From IMG/VR virus record IMGVR_UViG_3300025789_000022: a DNA stretch of 64,000 bases. One strand, 5' to 3'. Shown in pieces: positions 37,367 to 46,978 of this stretch (positions are counted from its first letter, which is position 1; every line of letters starts with the position of its first letter). The position numbers were made by a program, and so were the translations under genes. Source of the stretch: an uncultured virus (IMG/VR IMGVR_UViG_3300025789_000022) (lineage: Duplodnaviria; Heunggongvirae; Uroviricota; Caudoviricetes). The notes beneath the pieces are model-generated. The model ran no database searches. It saw only the letters and a program-made list of their open reading frames with translations, and was not told where the DNA came from.

Positions 37367-38209
37367 TTACGATAGCGGCTCGAAAAAATTTCCATAATCA
37401 AATTCAATTTTTACATCATATTCTTTTTCACAAGCCTCACAAAAAACATGTGCTGGTTGAATAGACATAACACTATTAATTTCAGCAATTTTATTTTGCA
37501 CAAGTTTAATAATCTTATTTGTTGTATTCTTATAAAATTCTCTTATGTGATTTGAATCAGTTACTACTATCCCTTCTTCAGTAGTAATACTTTCGGTTTG
37601 ATTTGAAATAAGTGTATTTCCAATATCAACTACATTTTGTAAGTGTAAATCAAATTGTGCCTTGCGAGTCTCATCGTCAATTGTTTCGTCGCCTACTAAT
37701 TGCATTATTTTTTGTTCTTCAAAGTCAATTAAGTTAGATTTATTGCTCTGTAAGTAATTTTGTGGTTTAAATTTAAAAATTAATCCTTCAATCTCAATAG
37801 AAGTTGAATAATCTGGACTTTTTACTTTCATTAATAATGGACCTAGACTCATTTGATGTCTATTTTCGTTATCACAATTAGGGCATTTACTGTCTATATC
37901 CATATCATCGCCGTATGTGGCAATTCTAATGGCTATCAATATAGCATCAATATCAATAGTTGGGCAACCCCAAGCATTAGTTATTGCTGGCACACAACTT
38001 TCAACTACACTTACAACACCCTGTCCATTCATAAGTGCATCTGGTGTTCGTAGCATTACTTCATCTTTTGCTGTCATAGGCATTACTCCTACTTCACCTG
38101 ATGCAGGCAAAGATAAACTATTAGGAGTCCAGTATTTTCCTCCACTAGGCAGTTTCAAGAAGATTGCAGGTTGACGAAAGTGTTTGAAAAGTGGATTAGA
38201 ATTTTGCAT
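37367..38209 (-). CDS. gp26: Baseplate hub assembly chaperone, T4 gp26-like
   Basis: 'LKLPSGG...VMPMTAKDE...DIDAILIAIRIATYG' with two CxxC pairs (CPNC, CEAC). Confidence 0.75.
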   Translation of the reverse strand: MQNSNPLFKHFRQPAIFLKLPSGGKYWTPNSLSLPASGEVGVMPMTAKDEVMLRTPDALMNGQGVVSVVESCVPAITNAWGCPTIDIDAILIAIRIATYGDDMDIDSKCPNCDNENRHQMSLGPLLMKVKSPDYSTSIEIEGLIFKFKPQNYLQSNKSNLIDFEEQKIMQLVGDETIDDETRKAQFDLHLQNVVDIGNTLISNQTESITTEEGIVVTDSNHIREFYKNTTNKIIKLVQNKIAEINSVMSIQPAHVFCEACEKEYDVKIEFDYGNFFEPLS

Positions 38210-38275
38210 TTTTTGTTTCCATAAATAATTGATGTGCTATGTTATATAGTATGCAGTTATTTAGAAGAGTAAAAA

Positions 38276-40570
38276 ATGGCTATCAGTGATAAAGATGTTG
38301 AAGATATTAAAGAAAGAATCTTAAAGATAAACGATACCTATGGTACGCTTGAAAAATCTTTGTTACAATTAGATAATGCAGTAAAAAGTGGAACTTTAAA
38401 CCAAAGAAATGCTGGTATAGGTTTTAAAAATGAAACTGAACTTAGAAATCGTATACAAAAAGGTGCAACTCAAAGTTTACAATATCTTACTCAAGCCTAT
38501 AAAGATGGCAATGCTAGTTTTGGAGAAGTAAGGGTAGCGTTACAAGAATTTCGTGATAAAGCATTAGCCGCTGCCGGTGATAATGACAAATTAAGGAAAA
38601 AAATAGAAGCAGATTTTCGAGTACGTGAGCAAGGTTTACGAATTCAAACATTATACAACAAATATCTAAGTGATGGTATGAAAGCCGCAAGCACTGCAGT
38701 AGGTGGATTAGTATCAGCCTATCAAAAAAGCAGTGGTGGATTAGATGCAGCATTAAATTTTTCAAGTGTTGGATTAACACTGCTTACTACTGCAGTTAAG
38801 GCTGCTGGTAAAGCATTAGGTTCTATACCATTTATTGGTGGTGCGATTGAAGCTGGTGCAGTAGGTCTCAGTGATACTGTCATGGCTATTAAACCAGTAC
38901 TTGATGCAGAAGTTTTAAAATTAGCAAGTTCATTTAAAACAGCAAGTGAAAGTGGATTAATATTTGCCAATGGTGTTAGTGGTTTACAAGAATCAGCATA
39001 TAATGCTGGTATAACTACTGATCTTTTTGCACAATCTATGAAAGATAACAGTGAAGCTGCGGTGTTGTTTGGTGGTAATATGACTGCGGCTGCTGGTAAA
39101 ATAGGAAAAGTAAGCAAATTAATTGATACAGAATCTTTGCAGAAATTAGGTTTTAATCTTCAAGAAATACCAGGATTGATTGCACAAACAGGTGCTAGGT
39201 TAGCTAAAAGTGGTACTGCCAGTGATGCTCAGGTTGCCAAGGCAACAATGGACTATGCAAAAAATTTAAGAATAATTGCAGATATCACTGGACAAGATGC
39301 AAAGACACTGATGCAAAAACAAGAAACTGCTGAAAAAGATTTAGCATATCAGCAGTTTCTAGCAGATAAAAGTCCAGAAGAAGCAGATGCTATCCGTGCA
39401 CAAATGATGGCACTGCCTGAATCAGTTCAGGCAATAGCTAAAGAAATGATGGTCAGTGGTGGCGCAATAACAAGTCAACAAAGCGCCATGATTGCGCAAC
39501 AAGTGCCTGCATATAAAGCAATGGCAGATGCTGCCGTTGCTGCAGCAAATAATGGAACTGCTGGTGCTGAAACAGGAGTTCGTATTCTAAAGCAATATGC
39601 AGATGCCGCTAATACCGAATCACTGAGAATTAAAGATTTTGCTCGTGCTGGCAGCATTTTGGGTGGTGAGATTGGCGCTACTGCAGAGGCTATAGGTAGA
39701 GATAGAAAAATGTTAGTAGCAGCACAAAAAACTAATGTAGAAGAATTGATTGATACTGTAAAAAAAGGAATGGCAACAACAGACCCAACTACCGTCAAAC
39801 TTGCTGAAAGTGAACGTGATGGTATGAAACTTATGATTGAAACACAAAAAGCATTAAACGAAGTATTGCCCGCATATCTTACTACTGTAAAAGATTTAAA
39901 TGTAGTAACTTTGAATTTAGTTAAAGGATTTGGTTCACTTGTTGATATGGTAATGGGTGAGAACAAGAAAAAAACAGGAGAAAATTCAGAGGTTAATGGA
40001 AGTGACAGTGCTGCATCTAGAAGAACAAATTTAAGTCAAACATTTAATTCTACAAATGATGCATCTAGTGGAGTTGCTGCTGCTGCTTTATCTCAACAAA
40101 GAAATATTGATACCAAAGATTTAGCAAGTTTTGCTACTATGATTAGTGGGACACCAGGTGGACTTGACCCTGATCATGATGCACCCCCTGATGCTCTTGC
40201 ATGGTTACAAGCACATCCTGATGATCCAAGAACAAAAGAATTTTTAGCACGAACAGGAGCACAACTTGCTCGTGGCGGTATTGTAAATGGACCAACAAGC
40301 GGTTTTCCAGCAACACTACATGGCAGTGAGGCTGTAATACCGTTACCAGATGGTGTAAGTAGTCCAGAATTTGCAACTGCACTTCAAAGATTAGCAGGTT
40401 TACCTACAGTTGATCCTGCACAGGCATTGCTACAAAGTACGGTTTCAAACAACTCTTCAAATATGAGTAGTGATTTATTAATGTTATTAAACTCAAAAAT
40501 TGATGATTTAATCAGTGCCACCAAAGATGTTGTGCAATACACTAAAGATACTAGTGTTAGAATTATGTAA
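38276..40570 (+). CDS. Putative tape measure protein (764 aa)
   Basis: Ala-rich helical protein with C-terminal 'LARGGIVNGP...LHGSEAVIPL'; divergent from the chaperone gene. Confidence 0.6.
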   Translation: MAISDKDVEDIKERILKINDTYGTLEKSLLQLDNAVKSGTLNQRNAGIGFKNETELRNRIQKGATQSLQYLTQAYKDGNASFGEVRVALQEFRDKALAAAGDNDKLRKKIEADFRVREQGLRIQTLYNKYLSDGMKAASTAVGGLVSAYQKSSGGLDAALNFSSVGLTLLTTAVKAAGKALGSIPFIGGAIEAGAVGLSDTVMAIKPVLDAEVLKLASSFKTASESGLIFANGVSGLQESAYNAGITTDLFAQSMKDNSEAAVLFGGNMTAAAGKIGKVSKLIDTESLQKLGFNLQEIPGLIAQTGARLAKSGTASDAQVAKATMDYAKNLRIIADITGQDAKTLMQKQETAEKDLAYQQFLADKSPEEADAIRAQMMALPESVQAIAKEMMVSGGAITSQQSAMIAQQVPAYKAMADAAVAAANNGTAGAETGVRILKQYADAANTESLRIKDFARAGSILGGEIGATAEAIGRDRKMLVAAQKTNVEELIDTVKKGMATTDPTTVKLAESERDGMKLMIETQKALNEVLPAYLTTVKDLNVVTLNLVKGFGSLVDMVMGENKKKTGENSEVNGSDSAASRRTNLSQTFNSTNDASSGVAAAALSQQRNIDTKDLASFATMISGTPGGLDPDHDAPPDALAWLQAHPDDPRTKEFLARTGAQLARGGIVNGPTSGFPATLHGSEAVIPLPDGVSSPEFATALQRLAGLPTVDPAQALLQSTVSNNSSNMSSDLLMLLNSKIDDLISATKDVVQYTKDTSVRIM

Positions 40571-40584
40571 TAGCCCAATATAAC

Positions 40585-40592
40585 TATAAATA
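40585..40592 (+). promoter_or_regulatory. T4-type late promoter (representative of a recurrent TAAATA motif)
   Basis: TATAAATA before the portal gene. TAAATA also at + 32680, 38222, 42397, 42727, 45365, 46953, 54143, 55096, 57298, 61086 and - 16680, 17100, 25595, 38258, 46863, 57267. Confidence 0.8.
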
Positions 40593-40612
40593 TCCTATAA
40601 GAGGAACTATAC

Positions 40613-42394
40613 ATGTCGTGGAAAAAACACTGGCGTATTGTAAGTGATGGGGCATATAGTCCTGTTAATGGCAGCGTAACAGATTATAGCAGTTATAATT
40701 ATCTTGGTTCACAGGCAAATGCTGCTTATCGCAACTATCAAAGCATGTTGCCAGATGTTTATAGTGGACATCCTAACCGTATTGATCGTTATACTCAGTA
40801 TGAGAACATGGATTTGGACAGTGAAGTCAATGCTGCACTTGATATTCTTGCAGAGTTCTGCACACAGGTTAATGAAGATACTCGCACTGCCTTTGATATT
40901 CATTTCCATGAAGAAGCCACTGACAATGAGAAAATGATTCTTAAAGAACAACTTATTGCATGGTATAACCTAAACGAATTTGATGTTCGTATGTTTAAGA
41001 TTTTCCGCAATACACTAAAGTATGGCGACCAAGTATTCATTCGTGATCCAGAAACCTATAAGTGGTATTGGAGCGAAATGAATCGTGTATCTAAAGTTAT
41101 CGTCAATGAATCACAGGGTAAAAAGCCTGAAATCTATTATATTCGTGATTTAAATCCTAATTTACAAAATAATACTATCACAAGACCACCAGGTCCAAAT
41201 GATTCTTATGCATTTGCGCCATACATGGGTGGTTCACGCTCTTATACAGCAGGTGGCGAAGTATTCTCACCAAACACACGCTTTGGTGCAGGTAATAATG
41301 AATTTCCAGTAGATGCCGCTCATGTTGTGCATCTTAGCATGACCGAAGGTTTAGATGTTAACTGGCCGTTTGGCGTTAGTTTGTTTGAAGCAATCTTTAA
41401 AGTATTCAAGCAAAAAGAACTATTAGAAGACGCCATTCTAATCTATCGTATCTCTCGTGCACCAGAACGCAGAATGTTCAAGATTGACGTGGGAAATATG
41501 CCAGCACACCTTGCAATGCAATTTGTTGAGCGTGTTAAAAACGAAATCAATCAGCGTCGTATTCCAACACAAAGTGGCGGTGGACAAAACTTAATGGATG
41601 CAAGTTATAATCCAATGAGCATGAATGAAGATTTCTTCTTTCCACAAACTGCAGAAGGTCGTGGTTCATCAGTAGAAGTGCTACCAGGTGGTCAAAACCT
41701 TGGTGAAATTGATGATCTACGATTCTTTACTAACAAGATGTTCCGTGCACTTCGTATTCCTAGTTCGTATCTACCAACAGGTCCAGAAGATTCAGATCGT
41801 AACTTCAATGATGGTAAAGTAACCACTGCACTTATTCAAGAATTTAGATTCAACGAGTATTGCAAGCGTCTGCAGAAGTATTTGGCACCTAAGTTTGATA
41901 CTGAATTTAAGATGTTTATGAAGTATCGTGGATTTGAGTTAGATAACTCTATCTTTGAAATACGTTTTAATGAACCACAGAACTTTGCTGCCTACCGTGA
42001 TATTGAATTAAACAGTGGACGCATTGCTGCATTTCAACAAATTTCTGCAACTGAGTATCTTTCAAAACGTTTTATGCTTAAGAAATATCTTGGTCTGAGC
42101 GATCTTGAAATGGCTGAAAATGATCGTATGTGGCATGAAGAACATGGTGAAGAAGCACCAGAGAGTCAGTTGCAAGGCAGTGATTTGCGCAATGTTGGTA
42201 TTACGCCAGGTGGTATTAATACTGACCTTGATACTATCAGTGACATTCAAGCAGCGGGTGACCAAGGAGCAGAAGGTTTAGGTGGTCCACCAGTAACACC
42301 AACAGGTGAGGTAGGTGCTGGCGGTACTCCAAGTGCGGCTGCAGGTACTGCTGGTGGTGGACAAACTGCTGGTGCGGCACTTGGTGGCGCTTAA
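40613..42394 (+). CDS. gp20: Portal protein
   Basis: 'LLEDAILIYRISRAPERRMFKIDVGNMP', 'EDFFFP' and 'LPGGQNLGEIDD'. Confidence 0.95.
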   Translation: MSWKKHWRIVSDGAYSPVNGSVTDYSSYNYLGSQANAAYRNYQSMLPDVYSGHPNRIDRYTQYENMDLDSEVNAALDILAEFCTQVNEDTRTAFDIHFHEEATDNEKMILKEQLIAWYNLNEFDVRMFKIFRNTLKYGDQVFIRDPETYKWYWSEMNRVSKVIVNESQGKKPEIYYIRDLNPNLQNNTITRPPGPNDSYAFAPYMGGSRSYTAGGEVFSPNTRFGAGNNEFPVDAAHVVHLSMTEGLDVNWPFGVSLFEAIFKVFKQKELLEDAILIYRISRAPERRMFKIDVGNMPAHLAMQFVERVKNEINQRRIPTQSGGGQNLMDASYNPMSMNEDFFFPQTAEGRGSSVEVLPGGQNLGEIDDLRFFTNKMFRALRIPSSYLPTGPEDSDRNFNDGKVTTALIQEFRFNEYCKRLQKYLAPKFDTEFKMFMKYRGFELDNSIFEIRFNEPQNFAAYRDIELNSGRIAAFQQISATEYLSKRFMLKKYLGLSDLEMAENDRMWHEEHGEEAPESQLQGSDLRNVGITPGGINTDLDTISDIQAAGDQGAEGLGGPPVTPTGEVGAGGTPSAAAGTAGGGQTAGAALGGA

Positions 42395-42426
42395 CCTAAA
42401 TAAAGTAGGTATGGAGTAATATTGTC

Positions 42427-42654
42427 GTGGTACTAAGTGAAATGTTTAATCATCAAAGTAGTGATTATCAAGATTTATCACAGGATCAAAGCGTTGAAAA
42501 ATTGCATGATCTTCGTAAGACACGTTTAACTCTAGCACAAATTAGTCAATTGCGTAAAATGAATGACCAACGCAATGTTGAATATGTAGAACAAATAACC
42601 AAAGTACGTAAACAATATGGTGCAGCACCTGCTGCTGGTGGTCCACAACTTTAA
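42427..42654 (+). CDS. Small head-module protein
   Basis: GTG start with GGAG RBS and an upstream TAAATA; lies between portal and core genes. Confidence 0.7.
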   Translation: MVLSEMFNHQSSDYQDLSQDQSVEKLHDLRKTRLTLAQISQLRKMNDQRNVEYVEQITKVRKQYGAAPAAGGPQL

Positions 42655-42767
42655 TCAACGTCAATTCATAAAAATGTAAAAATCGTCAAAATACTGTCAT
42701 TTGGGATAGTATTTAGATTTACATAGTAAATAAAAACACAGGATATATTCCAACAGGAGTTTAACAT

Positions 42768-43613
42768 ATGCGTAGCAGTTACGAACAATTGATTGAGTTC
42801 ATCATTAACGATGAAACAGATAAGGCAAAAGAACTATTCCACAACCTAGTTGTTGAGAAGAGTCGTTCAATTTATAATGATCTTGTAGCAGAAGAAATGT
42901 CAGATGACATGGATGAAAACTATGGTCATGAAATGGAAGAAGCAGATAGCATGGATCAGACCGATGATATGATGCATGATATTGAAGCTGACCATGAAGG
43001 TATGGATGGCGAAGATGATGGTATGGACATGAACATGGGCGATGATGACATGGACACCGATGGTGACATGGATTATGGTCATGAAGAAGGTGAAGATGGC
43101 ATGGAAGACCGTGTTATGGACCTTGAAGATGCACTCGACGAACTCAAGGCTGAGTTTGAAAAGTTAATGGCTGATGAAAAGAGTGAGCCAGAGCACAATG
43201 ATGGTTCAAATGATCCAGACTTTGCAGAAGAAGGTGTTGTTCGTGAATACGTAGAAAAGGTTGCAAGTACAGGCAATACCGAAGGTTCACCAGTTGGTGC
43301 AGTTAACAGTTACAAGTCTTCAACTCAGAAGAAGAGCGTAGTTGCTAGCAAGAACGACATGGGCGGCACTGTCAAGAATCTAGTTCGTGGTGACAAGAAC
43401 GAAGACCCAGATGGCAAGGCTTACAAAGGTCCAAGCAACGAATATAGCAAAGGTGAAGGCAAACTACCACACAATGGTCAGTTTCTAAATGCACCAGGTG
43501 GCGATGCTGGTAAGAAAGGTTTCTCAAATGCTAAGAAGCCACAAAGTGCAGAAGGCAAGTTTGCAACTGGCGGCGGTCCAAACGTTAATAAGAAAGACGT
43601 GTTACCTCGCTAA
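42768..43613 (+). CDS. Acidic prohead core protein
   Basis: Extremely D/E/M-rich; AGGAG RBS; upstream of the prohead protease. Confidence 0.7.
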   Translation: MRSSYEQLIEFIINDETDKAKELFHNLVVEKSRSIYNDLVAEEMSDDMDENYGHEMEEADSMDQTDDMMHDIEADHEGMDGEDDGMDMNMGDDDMDTDGDMDYGHEEGEDGMEDRVMDLEDALDELKAEFEKLMADEKSEPEHNDGSNDPDFAEEGVVREYVEKVASTGNTEGSPVGAVNSYKSSTQKKSVVASKNDMGGTVKNLVRGDKNEDPDGKAYKGPSNEYSKGEGKLPHNGQFLNAPGGDAGKKGFSNAKKPQSAEGKFATGGGPNVNKKDVLPR

Positions 43614-43625
43614 TAAGGAAAGAAA

Positions 43626-44252
43626 ATGAATAATTTGCTTGTAGAGCATCTCAGTTACGATCAGGCTATGATGGAAATGAGCCACAGCGATGAAGGTAAA
43701 AACCTTTATCTAAAGGGCATCTGCATACAGGGTGGTGTTAAAAACGCCAACCAACGTGTGTATCCAATTAGCGAAATCAGTCGTGCGATTGAAACGCTAA
43801 ACAAGCAAGTTAAAACAGGTTACAGTGTGTTGGGTGAAGTAGATCACCCAACCAACCTACGTATCAATCTTGATCGTGTAAGTCATATGATTACAGAAAT
43901 GTGGTTAGATGGACCAAACGGTTATGGAAAGATGAAGATTTTGCCTACACCAATGGGCAATTTGGTTCGCACCATGTTAGAAAGTGGTGTTAAACTAGGA
44001 GTAAGCAGTCGTGGATCAGGTAATGTTAATGAACACGACGGCGCAGTAAGCGATTTTGATATCGTTACTGTTGATATAGTAGCACAACCCAGTGCACCTA
44101 ATGCCTACCCAACTGCAGTCTATGAAGGACTGATGAATATGAATGGTGGACAACGTATACTGGATATGGCTAAAGATTTAAATCAAGATCAACGAGTTCA
44201 GAAATACTTGCAACAAGAAGTTCGCAAGTTTATTACTGAATTAAAGATATAA
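43626..44252 (+). CDS. gp21: Prohead protease
   Basis: 'KNANQRVYP', 'LGEVDHP', 'GVSSRGSG' and 'DIVAQPSAP'. Confidence 0.95.
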   Translation: MNNLLVEHLSYDQAMMEMSHSDEGKNLYLKGICIQGGVKNANQRVYPISEISRAIETLNKQVKTGYSVLGEVDHPTNLRINLDRVSHMITEMWLDGPNGYGKMKILPTPMGNLVRTMLESGVKLGVSSRGSGNVNEHDGAVSDFDIVTVDIVAQPSAPNAYPTAVYEGLMNMNGGQRILDMAKDLNQDQRVQKYLQQEVRKFITELKI

Positions 44253-44269
44253 GTTCAGGAGAATTATTA

Positions 44270-45367
44270 ATGTTCGAAGCTCTAAAACCATTAATTGATA
44301 ACGGTATCCTGAACGAAGATACTCGCAAGTCACTAGAGGAAAGCTGGAATGCTAAACTCAACGAGGCTCGTGAAGAAATTCGTACAGAAATCCGTGACGA
44401 AATGGCAGGTCGCTATTCACATGACCGTGCTGTTATGGTAGAGGCTCTGGATAAGATGGTTAACGAATCACTAACTGCAGAAGTTCGCAAGATCGCTGCA
44501 GAGCGTGAATTAGTTAGCGAAGATCGTGTAAAGTTCACACAGCAAATGGTAAGCAAGGCTAAGAATTTTGATTCTTACTTGAGTGAATCATTAACTCGTG
44601 AAATTTCAGAACTTCGCAGTGACCGTGTTGCTATGCAAAAGACTATTGCTAAGTTGGAAGCATTTGTTGCTGAAAACCTACGTAATGAAATTTCAGAATT
44701 TGCTCAAGACAAAGCAGACCTTGCTGCTACTAAGGTAGCAGTAGTTACAGAAGGTCGTAAGAAGTTGGAAACTCTTCGTGATAGTTTTGTAAAGAAAGCA
44801 AGTTCACTTGTAGAGAACACAATTACTACACATCTACGTTCAGAACTAAATCAACTAAAAACTGATATTCAGGAAGCAAAAGAAAATAACTTCGGTCGCA
44901 AGATTTTTGAAGCCTTTGCAACTGAATTTGGTTCAAGTTATCTTAACGAACGTGCAGATATCAAGAAATTAACTGGTAAGATTGCTCTTATGGCAAGTCA
45001 AATCAGTGAGGCTCGTGATTCAGAAGCACGTGCAATGACTGAAGTTAAGAAGAAAAATGAAGAACTACGCCGAATCAACGAAAATATCGATAGAAAAGGC
45101 AAACTCAACAATTTGCTTAGTCCGCTAAGCAAAGAAAAAGCCGCTGTGATGTCAACACTGCTGGAATCAGTCCCAACAGATAAATTAGACGCAGCATTTA
45201 AAAAGTATTTGAACCCAGTAATGAGTGGTTCTGCAGCAGTAGTTGCCCCAAAGCAACCTATTACAGAAAGCACAGTTGAAGTTACTGGCAATCGTACTGT
45301 GAAAGCAGATCAGAATTCAAACAATATTATTGAAATGAAGCGTCTGGCTGGACTAATAAGAAACTAA
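44270..45367 (+). CDS. gp22: Prohead scaffold protein, gp22-like
   Basis: Coiled-coil, E/K-rich; between protease and capsid genes. Confidence 0.8.
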   Translation: MFEALKPLIDNGILNEDTRKSLEESWNAKLNEAREEIRTEIRDEMAGRYSHDRAVMVEALDKMVNESLTAEVRKIAAERELVSEDRVKFTQQMVSKAKNFDSYLSESLTREISELRSDRVAMQKTIAKLEAFVAENLRNEISEFAQDKADLAATKVAVVTEGRKKLETLRDSFVKKASSLVENTITTHLRSELNQLKTDIQEAKENNFGRKIFEAFATEFGSSYLNERADIKKLTGKIALMASQISEARDSEARAMTEVKKKNEELRRINENIDRKGKLNNLLSPLSKEKAAVMSTLLESVPTDKLDAAFKKYLNPVMSGSAAVVAPKQPITESTVEVTGNRTVKADQNSNNIIEMKRLAGLIRN

Positions 45368-45388
45368 ATATTAATTGGAGAAGACCCT

Positions 45389-46588
45389 ATGACACAAGAA
45401 CTAATTGAAGGACGTTGGGACGAAACCAAATCAGCCCTATTGGAAGGCTTAAGCGGTAATCGTCGTACTACAATGTCAATGGTATTGGAAAATACCAAGA
45501 AGTATCTAGCAGAAAATGCATCAAGTGGTGCAACTGCAAGTGGCAACGTTGCCACTCTAAACCGTGTGATTCTACCTGTTATCCGTCGTGTTATGCCGAC
45601 TGTTATTGCCAACGAAATCGTTGGTGTACAGCCAATGACTGGACCTGTAGCACAGATTCACACTCTACGTGTTCGTTATGCTGATAGCTTCACAAGCAAT
45701 GGTACTGGACAGTTCGGTACTAACGCTGCTGTTGGTGACGAAGCACTTTCACCATTCAAGATCGCTTCTGGTTATTCAGGCGCTCCTGCTGGTTCAAATA
45801 GTGCTGACGGTCGTGCAGGATATACTGCTGCACTCGAAGGTACACCTGGTCGTCGTTTGAACGTTCAGATTCTAAAGCAACCTGTTGAAGCTAAGACTCG
45901 TAAGCTATCAGCACGTTGGACTTTTGAAGCTGCTCAAGACGCTCAAGCAATGCATGGTCTAGATATCGAAGCAGAAATCATGGCTGCTTTGGCTCAAGAA
46001 ATCACTGCTGAAATTGATCAAGAAATTCTTTACAGCCTACGTTCATTGGCTGCAACTGAATTTACTTTCAATCAGGCTACTGTAAGTGGTACTGCAACAT
46101 TCGTTGGTGACGAACATGCTGCTCTAGCAGTTCTAATCAACCGTGCTGCTAACCTAATTGCACAGCGTACTCGTCGTGGCGCAGGTAACTGGGCTGTTGT
46201 TTCAAGTGCTGCATTGACTGTTCTACAGTCTGCAACTACTTCAGCATTCGCTCGTACTACTGAAGGTGCTTTTGAAGCCCCAACAAACACTAAGTTCGTT
46301 GGTACTCTAAATGGCGCAATGCGTATTTACGTTGACAGTTATGCAACTGATACCATCCCAGTACTAGTTGGTTATAAGGGTACAAGCGAAGCAGATGCTG
46401 CTGCGTTCTATTGCCCATACATCCCTCTAATGTCAAGTGGTGTTATCCTTGATCCATCAACATTCGAACCAGTTGTTGGCTTCATGACTCGTTATGGTTA
46501 CATCGAATTGACTAACGTAGCAAGCAGCTTCGGTAACGCTGCTGATTACCTAAGTGAAATCTCTGTATCTAACCTTTCATTCCAGTAA
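45389..46588 (+). CDS. gp23: Major capsid protein
   Basis: 'VGVQPMTGP', 'EAKTRKLSARWTFEAAQD', 'EITAEIDQE', 'FYCPYIPL' and 'FMTRYG'. Confidence 0.97.
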   Translation: MTQELIEGRWDETKSALLEGLSGNRRTTMSMVLENTKKYLAENASSGATASGNVATLNRVILPVIRRVMPTVIANEIVGVQPMTGPVAQIHTLRVRYADSFTSNGTGQFGTNAAVGDEALSPFKIASGYSGAPAGSNSADGRAGYTAALEGTPGRRLNVQILKQPVEAKTRKLSARWTFEAAQDAQAMHGLDIEAEIMAALAQEITAEIDQEILYSLRSLAATEFTFNQATVSGTATFVGDEHAALAVLINRAANLIAQRTRRGAGNWAVVSSAALTVLQSATTSAFARTTEGAFEAPTNTKFVGTLNGAMRIYVDSYATDTIPVLVGYKGTSEADAAAFYCPYIPLMSSGVILDPSTFEPVVGFMTRYGYIELTNVASSFGNAADYLSEISVSNLSFQ

Positions 46589-46611
46589 TACTGAGTTTAA
46601 TTCTAACAAAG

Positions 46612-46638
46612 AAAAAGCCCCTGAAAAGGGGCTTTTTT
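46612..46638. terminator. Bidirectional intrinsic terminator
   Basis: AAAAAGCCCC-TGAAAA-GGGGCTTTTTT between the convergent gp23 and DUF1127 genes. Confidence 0.9.
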
Positions 46639-46664
46639 ATTACCTTAATTTTTTTAATAAAAAA

Positions 46665-46826
46665 TTAACGACTAACTAAATTAGCAGCGACATTTGAAAT
46701 ATCACAACGTGCAATGCCAATATCTGCGAGTTCACGATTGGTTAGGTTGCTTAATTCACGAAATGTACGACGATAACGATTATATTGTGTGATTGATCTT
46801 GCTATGCTGTTTATGAGGGTCTGCAT
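46665..46826 (-). CDS. DUF1127 family small protein (53 aa; not in ORF track)
   Basis: MQTLINSIARSITQYNRYRRTFRELSNLTNRELADIGIARCDISNVAANLVSR; the 'EL..L..RELADIG..R' signature; GGAGA RBS. Confidence 0.85.
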   Translation of the reverse strand: MQTLINSIARSITQYNRYRRTFRELSNLTNRELADIGIARCDISNVAANLVSR

Positions 46827-46978
46827 CTGTTTTCTCCATGAGGTATGTTCTTTTATATCACGTATTTATATGCAGTGCAACATAAATTTGACTGCATTAT
46901 ATACTTCTCTGCTATGCGTTAAAACATAGGTAAACAATCATTCAATTTATGGTAAATATAAGATAATAGGATTTACAC

